Positions 57,767-64,000 of a stretch of 64,000 nt of DNA are shown piece by piece. The translations under genes were made by a program, and so were the position numbers. Position 1 is the stretch's first letter, and every line of letters begins with the position of its first letter. Under the pieces are notes generated by a model that searched no databases, had not been told where the DNA came from, and saw nothing but the letters and a program-made list of their open reading frames with translations. This DNA comes from a virus. The stretch is taken from positions 29,557 to 93,556 of the IMG/VR virus record IMGVR_UViG_3300033144_007170. One strand, given 5' to 3'.

Positions 57767-58834
57767 CTATGGCGATAATATTGCTCGACCAAGGATTGTC
57801 CCAGAACGAAGCAAATCCATAGCCCTATTGATTTCAATGAGATCGTAAAAAACTACATCTTCCTTAAACCCAATAAGTTTTGAGGGATCAAATATTCCTT
57901 GGCGGTACAACTCCAAGTATTTCGGAATGTCTGTTGTTGGGTTGGTTTGTCCCCCTTCACTATCTATTAGGGTTTTGCCTTTGAAATGCTGATAGGCATT
58001 CTTAAAAACAATATCTTGGTCTGGTTTTGGCTGTCCGACCATTATCGTTTTACCTCCAGCCTTCGTCAGTATATGGGCCATCTCGATGCAATTAATGTTT
58101 CCCGTGGTGTCTACACAGACATCGGCGCCATCGCAGGTACCTATAATTTTTTTCACTTCTGAATATGTGGTATTTCTACCCATATTGCAGTTATATATTA
58201 CGTGAGACGCCCCGCATTCTTTTGCGAGAAACAGTTTATTGTCAGCAATGTCTATCGCTATAATAGGGTTACCCGACACCATCGAAGCGCCTTGAATTAC
58301 ACTCAAACCAACACCGCCACAACCTATTACAACTATAGATTGTCCTATTTTCAATTTTGCCTCATTGTTAATTAAGCCCAACCCTGTAGTAGTACAGCAT
58401 CCCATTAAAGCAGCTATTTCATAGGGAATGTCGTCTTCTATTTTAGTTAGTCTATTTTCAGAAATTACTGCATAATTATTAAATGTTGTTACAAGCCCTC
58501 CTCCAACTAAGGATCCATCTTTTCTTGTATATTTAGGGAACTCGGATTCAATACCCGCTCCAGGTCTCCAGTGTAAGACTACACGATCCCCAGGTTTTAC
58601 ATGTCGTACAGAATTTCCTACATCAACAACTTCTCCTCCGCCCTCATGCCCCAGCAAAAAAGGCAAGAATTCCTTCCTTGTCCCAATTCCCTCCATATGA
58701 TAAAGCTGTGCTCCGCAGATTCCGCTACAATGTATTCGTACAAGCACTTGTCCACACGTAAGAGAAGGAATCTCTAACTGCTCTACCTCAAGAGGTTTCC
58801 CGAATTCCACTACAACTGCTGCATTTGTTTTCAT
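57767..58834 (-). CDS. Zn-dependent alcohol dehydrogenase (MDR)
   Basis: GICG, LGHEGGG.V..VG, GCC..TG.G, GCGGVG. Confidence 0.92.
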   Translation of the reverse strand: MKTNAAVVVEFGKPLEVEQLEIPSLTCGQVLVRIHCSGICGAQLYHMEGIGTRKEFLPFLLGHEGGGEVVDVGNSVRHVKPGDRVVLHWRPGAGIESEFPKYTRKDGSLVGGGLVTTFNNYAVISENRLTKIEDDIPYEIAALMGCCTTTGLGLINNEAKLKIGQSIVVIGCGGVGLSVIQGASMVSGNPIIAIDIADNKLFLAKECGASHVIYNCNMGRNTTYSEVKKIIGTCDGADVCVDTTGNINCIEMAHILTKAGGKTIMVGQPKPDQDIVFKNAYQHFKGKTLIDSEGGQTNPTTDIPKYLELYRQGIFDPSKLIGFKEDVVFYDLIEINRAMDLLRSGTILGRAILSP

Positions 58835-59571
58835 AAAGTTGTTACCCCCTGTTCCTGAATTACCTGCATTGCACATTTCTGTGCAAAATCTATAGCACTT
58901 TCAATATTCCCCTTTTTAACGTACTCAACGACAAGTCCCGCCAAAAAAGTATCGCCTGCGCCCGCAATACTTTTAACCTCAACTTCCCCCTCTACTGGAT
59001 ACCTTTTATTCCGATACCTACAACCCATAGGTCCGAGTGTAACTATTAGGCTACTTTTAATAAACTCGCTTTGTCTACTTAATACATGGTGTGTCCTTTC
59101 AAACTCAAGTTTATTAATCTTTATAAAATCAATTCCGAAACACCACTCGGAGAGCACTTTATTTGTTTGCATAAATGTTGTACACTCGGCTTCGCTTGCT
59201 ATAAAAGCTATATCTTCCTCATCTAAAAAACCCTTTCCGTAATCAGAAAGGACAATAGCATCATAGCCTTTAAGCCTTTTTATATCCCGTGTGTATCTGC
59301 ATCCCACAACATCATTCTCGTCCAGACGCATAAGCATTTGACCCGTCTTATCATCAATATATCTTGTCTTAACGATATTATCCACGCTTTCTATGCTATC
59401 ACAAGGATATCCAAGTGCTTTGAGGTTGTCGATAACATTGCCCGCCATGCCCCTGTTGGTCGTAGTCCTTAGGGGCAAAAACACAGGCACGGGGGCCTCT
59501 GGGCAAATTCTTTCGCAAGAACCATAAACAAAAACATCCGTGCATGTATCCCCAATTACCAGAAGTTTCAT
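58831..59571 (-). CDS. HldE/RfaE-type heptose-7-phosphate kinase domain (PfkB family)
   Basis: VIGD...D..VYG..ERICPEAPVPV, KTR, SDYGKG, VTLG..G, GAGDTF. Confidence 0.85.
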   Translation of the reverse strand: MKLLVIGDTCTDVFVYGSCERICPEAPVPVFLPLRTTTNRGMAGNVIDNLKALGYPCDSIESVDNIVKTRYIDDKTGQMLMRLDENDVVGCRYTRDIKRLKGYDAIVLSDYGKGFLDEEDIAFIASEAECTTFMQTNKVLSEWCFGIDFIKINKLEFERTHHVLSRQSEFIKSSLIVTLGPMGCRYRNKRYPVEGEVEVKSIAGAGDTFLAGLVVEYVKKGNIESAIDFAQKCAMQVIQEQGVTTL

Positions 59572-59574
59572 ATT

Positions 59575-60195
59575 CTACTCTTTCTCTTTAAGACAAAAAA
59601 TGTTCCAGCTTCCACCGCCCAACTTGTTCATTTTTGCAGCCATTTCTAAATCTTGAACCAAACCACATAATACAAACTGTTTATGCCACCATTCCCACGG
59701 TTTAATTGTGAGACGTCCGGGCTTTCCGTGAGGCAGCTTTTTCAATACTTCTGTCGTCACTATCCCAAACACAAGATGCCCTTTTGTCAGTCGCCTCATA
59801 GAATCGATAGCTTTTTTGACATCCTCTTCTACCAAATAAGCCAGTACATTCCATGCAAATACAACATCGTATTGGCCGTTTATGTGAGACAAATCCCGAA
59901 GATCCCCTTGTACTATATCGCTTACTATTGCCTTATCAACTGCATATTGAGACAATTCTACACCTTTCACGTCCTCGCCCAGCTCACGAAGGAATTTTAC
60001 AAACCATCCAACTCCGCATCCAACATCAAGAAAAGTTTTACCGTGAAATCCAGCAGACAGTACCGAGACAACGCCACGAACTACGCCGAGTCCTTTTGCG
60101 TGAACATTTATTCTATTTCCTCCCTTTTCTCCGGTTACTCCTTCAAAAAATTCCTCATCAAAATGTGAGACTTTATACTCTGGCTTCTTTGTCAT
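59575..60195 (-). CDS. class I SAM-dependent methyltransferase
   Basis: FLDVGCGVG, GVELS, GD...YDVV, KP.EWW..F. Confidence 0.85.
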   Translation of the reverse strand: MTKKPEYKVSHFDEEFFEGVTGEKGGNRINVHAKGLGVVRGVVSVLSAGFHGKTFLDVGCGVGWFVKFLRELGEDVKGVELSQYAVDKAIVSDIVQGDLRDLSHINGQYDVVFAWNVLAYLVEEDVKKAIDSMRRLTKGHLVFGIVTTEVLKKLPHGKPGRLTIKPWEWWHKQFVLCGLVQDLEMAAKMNKLGGGSWNIFCLKEKE

Positions 60196-60223
60196 TTTTT
60201 TATTCCTTTTTAGTTTCAAAACA

Positions 60224-60772
60224 TTAATAATATTTTTCATCCGCATCAAATATTGTGTGTGCAAGTTCCGCAGGAAAGTCTAATCCTGTCCATTCTTTTA
60301 GACCACACAAAGTTCTTTTTGGATTCATAAATAAACAGCTTGTAAATACCATATAAAATCTTCCTGTAAACCCCGTAAACATCTGCCCTATAAACATCCA
60401 TTCCGCAACCAGATTAGTCCGAGCCTCCAAGAGTACTTTAGCGTGCCCTACATTAAGCTTAGATCGTGTATTACACAGCCAATCCCGAAGGGTTATTATA
60501 TAGCATGGCCTATATCCTGCTTTTTGAAACTTAGCACCCATATCTAATATGTCCGGCCTGCGGGTTGGATAATGGGGGATACTACGCCTAAAAACTAAAT
60601 GCTCTGGAGTCTCGTCTAAAATAGATTCTATACTAATACCGTCTTCAAATATAAATCGGTCTAATCTCTGTTTATGCTCATAGTCCCCAACACATCCCGC
60701 AGAACAAAAGAGACGGGTCACGACTCTTGTTCCTGAGCTTTCGGGGCCTATTACTATAAATACTTTTTTAAT
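60224..60772 (-). CDS. sulfotransferase-like P-loop protein (ATT start)
   Basis: frame extends upstream to IKKVFIVIGPESSGTR (PAPS-binding loop), RD...S 3'-PB motif; SD AAGGAGG 6 nt before ATT. Confidence 0.65.
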   Translation of the reverse strand: MKKVFIVIGPESSGTRVVTRLFCSAGCVGDYEHKQRLDRFIFEDGISIESILDETPEHLVFRRSIPHYPTRRPDILDMGAKFQKAGYRPCYIITLRDWLCNTRSKLNVGHAKVLLEARTNLVAEWMFIGQMFTGFTGRFYMVFTSCLFMNPKRTLCGLKEWTGLDFPAELAHTIFDADEKYY

Positions 60773-60783
60773 GCGTAACCTCC

Positions 60784-61032
60784 TTATATTTTGGGTTTAA
60801 TTTCTTCGATAGCACAAATAAAGAAACTTTCATTATTATCCTTTACGGCATCATAAATTTGCTTTTCGGCCACACCCCAAAAAAACCTACCAAGAAATCC
60901 ACTGATTCGAGTTCTCTCCAGTTCATCTGGTATTGCTTTCAAATACTCATCCTCTGTCATTGTAAAAATACTTTCTGGATAAGGATTCTCAGGCCACCAA
61001 TCCGGTCTTTTTTCTTTATCTTTCATATACAA
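60784..61032 (-). CDS. hypothetical phage protein
   Basis: WWPENPYPESIF motif. Confidence 0.55.
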   Translation of the reverse strand: MYMKDKEKRPDWWPENPYPESIFTMTEDEYLKAIPDELERTRISGFLGRFFWGVAEKQIYDAVKDNNESFFICAIEEIKPKI

Positions 61033-61061
61033 CCTTTAATAACTCCTATGGAATAAGAAAG

Positions 61062-61349
61062 CTATATTTTTTCAGGTAAATTTGCGGGGCCTTTTTTACC
61101 TTCGGCAATCTCCCCCCATTCAAAATTTGGAACTTCCATCACGGGAGTTTTGCTTATAACTTCTAACCTACTGACATCTAACCAATGACCTCCAACGAGC
61201 TTTCCACTTTTATCCAGACCCGTCGGTCTTACATCTGCCTGGATACATCCGTATAGATCAAAAGACATAGATATCACAATTCCCTTAAAGTCAGAAACTT
61301 TGTCTTTTACTTTAAATCCCAATAAACCCAAATGTTTTTTAATAAGCAT
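61062..61349 (-). CDS. phage hypothetical protein, paralogue of 2446-2676
   Basis: LG..VKDKVS.FKGI...LYGC....P...KGP. Confidence 0.65.
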   Translation of the reverse strand: MLIKKHLGLLGFKVKDKVSDFKGIVISMSFDLYGCIQADVRPTGLDKSGKLVGGHWLDVSRLEVISKTPVMEVPNFEWGEIAEGKKGPANLPEKI

Positions 61350-61371
61350 TTTTACCCCCGTAGTATAGTAT

Positions 61372-61647
61372 TTAATTATCCCCGCAATTAAGCTTCGGCA
61401 ATCCTATATCCGATAAGATTTTTGAAATAAGACACCAACAGCCTTCCTTTCGTTTAAAATTTTTAAACTCCCCTTTTGTAAATATTTCTTGATTGTAGCT
61501 TTCCGCGGGAATATCAGAAATTTCATATTGGTAATTACCGTATTCTGGACGTTTGTCATTAGTCCCATCATTCCATATTTTTAATTCTCCGATCCGTTTT
61601 GATTTAGGGTCTCCAAAGGGATGGAAATCAATATGTAATTTTAGCAT
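61372..61647 (-). CDS. hypothetical phage protein
   Basis: I.NDGT...GNY...F.R....W.LI motif. Confidence 0.6.
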   Translation of the reverse strand: MLKLHIDFHPFGDPKSKRIGELKIWNDGTNDKRPEYGNYQYEISDIPAESYNQEIFTKGEFKNFKRKEGCWCLISKILSDIGLPKLNCGDN

Positions 61648-61832
61648 TTTTGTCTCTTTTTATAGGGTATAGCATCCGCTATACTCATTAAGGATCGGGC
61701 TTTAATAATCATTTTTTATCCCCGCAATTCTTACAAATATACTGGAAACCCCCTGCACTTTCCTCAATTAATTTCAAAGTCTTTCCGCATTTAGGGCATC
61801 TATGAAATGCCCATATTCCCTTTTCCGCCATA

Positions 61833-62597
61833 TTAATTCCTTTCGTATATAACTTTAGCGTTTTTATAATAAAACTCTCCGGGCTCTATTCCCTGAAATT
61901 TCCCAGTTCTACTGCAATAAAAATTACAAGTATCCGCTCTATGGCAGGGCAGTATTATTTTAGGGTGATATTGATGAATACTACGGACATAATTTAATAT
62001 ATTTGCATCAAACCCTAATTCTTTCATGGTCAGGCTGAGTCCTGCATCACAGCTACATTCTCGATATTTTACTAAACCCAAATCTTCTCTTAAAATACCC
62101 CCTAAATAAAATAACCAAGAATTTGGAAATTGAGCTCCTGTATATGTCTTATAATCATTTACAGATCTTGTATTCCATCCTCTAAGTAAATGTTGAGTTG
62201 TTCGATCATAATTTTTATGCATACACGGGGCCAGTTGCAGATTTCGCACTTCCGTATATACGACTTCTTTATGCTTAATATGCTTTACTATTTCTTCATA
62301 TGCGAATTCCTGTAAAGGAACTACTCCGACATGATGAATGATTACAAACTCTGTATCGGAAGACATCATATCTAAACAATGGACTTTAGCGTCTAAAAAT
62401 CCTTCATTCTTCTCTAATCGAAGGTATTTAGCTTTAGGAAGAAACTTTCGGATAATGGGTTCGGGGTCTATATCAGAATGATCATCAATTATGCACACCT
62501 CAAAAGGCTCAGAGGTCTTTTGGCGAGAAATTGCATATAATGTGTTCGGCAGATATTTATTTTTGTTATACGTAGCCAGAAAAACTGCTGTCTTCAT
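61833..62597 (-). CDS. glycosyltransferase family 2 (atypical)
   Basis: TYNK..L...L..I..Q, FEV.IIDD.S, N.G, HQYH; DxD position reads HHVG. Confidence 0.75.
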   Translation of the reverse strand: MKTAVFLATYNKNKYLPNTLYAISRQKTSEPFEVCIIDDHSDIDPEPIIRKFLPKAKYLRLEKNEGFLDAKVHCLDMMSSDTEFVIIHHVGVVPLQEFAYEEIVKHIKHKEVVYTEVRNLQLAPCMHKNYDRTTQHLLRGWNTRSVNDYKTYTGAQFPNSWLFYLGGILREDLGLVKYRECSCDAGLSLTMKELGFDANILNYVRSIHQYHPKIILPCHRADTCNFYCSRTGKFQGIEPGEFYYKNAKVIYERN

Positions 62598-62796
62598 TCC
62601 AATCCAATCAACAAATTATTTGCGATTATATTAATAAATTATTCTATAACTATAGCGACTATATATTTTATATTGATGGTATATTTGGAATCAAGTTTAT
62701 CAATAAAGCAGACCCAATTTTCGGATTCTTTCTCTTCTATCTGCTTACCCGTGAAAGTCAAACTCGGATTCCCCTCTAAAAGTATTGTTATTTTTT

Positions 62797-63480
62797 TCAT
62801 AGTTCTCCTTCTATTTCAATTATACATATTTGTCTACCGTTATAAAATAAAGTTTCTTTGCTGTCTAAAACAGAAAAATCGGGATCTATAATATTAGGCA
62901 GGTAGTCTATTAATATATCCCTTATATATTTGCCGGTATACGCCAAAAAACATAATCTCTCATCTCCCTCTATTCTTTTAGTCCTATAAAATTTTGGAGT
63001 ATTATAGTAAGTCAGGGATAAGATTATCTTATGGCTAACTTTTATGTACCTTTCCAGAAATATTCGCAATCTTTGGTCTATATTCGGGAAAATATCATTA
63101 GCTATTACTACATCGTATTCTGAAGGTTTATGTTTATACCAATCATCTCCTACTATAAAATTGGAATCTATGTTATTTCTTCGAGGGATGTCTTTATATT
63201 GATCCCCGTATAACGGGTCGATTAATTCATATTTTTGTGTATTTTTAATTAATAAGCGGGTCAGGGAACTGTATCCGCCCCCCACATCTAACATTTTCAC
63301 GTTAGATGTATTCTGTAAATATTCCCCATACATCAAATTATATACTGCTCTTTTTTGCGGGGAGTCCGCTAACCACATATGAGATTTGGATAAAGAATCA
63401 GGAAATACTGAAGTCTCCCGCAATACTTCTAAAATAGGCTTTTCGTATTTATCTACTAAATCTTGAGTTAAAAGAATCAT
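62797..63480 (-). CDS. SAM-dependent methyltransferase-like protein
   Basis: MLDVGGG, YELID, YDVVIAND.FP. Confidence 0.65.
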   Translation of the reverse strand: MILLTQDLVDKYEKPILEVLRETSVFPDSLSKSHMWLADSPQKRAVYNLMYGEYLQNTSNVKMLDVGGGYSSLTRLLIKNTQKYELIDPLYGDQYKDIPRRNNIDSNFIVGDDWYKHKPSEYDVVIANDIFPNIDQRLRIFLERYIKVSHKIILSLTYYNTPKFYRTKRIEGDERLCFLAYTGKYIRDILIDYLPNIIDPDFSVLDSKETLFYNGRQICIIEIEGEL

Positions 63481-63603
63481 TTATAGCCCCCATATAAAAT
63501 CTTTAAATTTAAGTCTACTATTTTCCACATATTTTATAATTTTATCTATGTTATAGAAAGCAATAGTATTTTACATTATAGTAAATAAAAAACAGGACAC
63601 TAA

Positions 63604-63795
63604 ATGAAAATTAAAGCTTCTATTCAATGTGTAAATTGTAATAAAGTCCACCAAGTCAAACTTGAAAAAATGCACACAGGCAATTCACTTAAGTGTTCTT
63701 GTGGTACAATAATTGAATTTGAAGGTGATGATATGCGTAAAGTACAAAAAGCATCAGACAACCTCGATAGAATCCTTAAGAACTTTGGAAAGTAA
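63604..63795 (+). CDS. small Zn-finger protein (only plus-strand gene)
   Basis: CxxC...CxCG, SD AGGA, upstream TTTATCTATGTTATAGA element. Confidence 0.6.
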   Translation: MKIKASIQCVNCNKVHQVKLEKMHTGNSLKCSCGTIIEFEGDDMRKVQKASDNLDRILKNFGK

Positions 63796-64000
63796 ATCCG
63801 CATTAGTTGTTAGAAGCTCTATGATTGCCTCATTATTTTTAGATAGTTTATCTATTACCGTGGATACTTCATCTGTAAATCTTACTGTCATATCAATGCT
63901 GCCCATAAATAACTCCTTTCCCATTTATTCTATATAATATAAAGCGTAGACTTAGTTGCGGCTTTGTTATGTGATTTTCTCCTCTGTTTCTATAACAGCC

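Noticed and set aside
1292-60227. Numerous plus-strand ORFs in the track
   Set aside because: They are antisense shadows of well-supported minus-strand genes and lack motifs
1-64000. Genome-wide stop-codon reassignment (TAG read-through)
   Set aside because: Long genes are intact under the standard code and many end in TAG right before the next gene; only one small ORF suggests read-through

Overview
This window is a 64-kb internal segment of an AT-rich tailed dsDNA phage (or prophage), probably with a long non-contractile tail, since no sheath or baseplate genes are recognisable. Essentially all genes are on the minus strand. In transcription order (right to left): (1) a ~10-kb sugar-biosynthesis and modification cluster (GT2, methyltransferases, sulfotransferase-like protein, HldE/RfaE-type kinase, Zn-dehydrogenase, split transketolase, SDR, GT2-GT9 fusion) directly upstream of (2) the head and tail module (XkdF-type protease, scaffold, major capsid, neck, tail tube, frameshifted tail chaperones, tape measure, fibres, holin-like genes). 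Next come (3) a GT2/radical-SAM/GT4 trio ahead of an SPO1-type UDG-PolA polymerase, (4) a portal gene displaced into the replication region, and (5) replication and recombination genes (initiator, DnaB, primase, SSB, SF2 helicase, RecA, endonuclease). No terminase, integrase or endolysin is visible. Notable non-coding signals are a 348-nt RNA built on a tRNA scaffold with two large insertions, a 131-nt element with two T-arms, other closed hairpin RNAs, a family of sigma70-like promoters lacking the -7 T, and at least five duplicated gene termini bracketing small accessory genes. All annotations come from motif recognition by eye; no searches were run.
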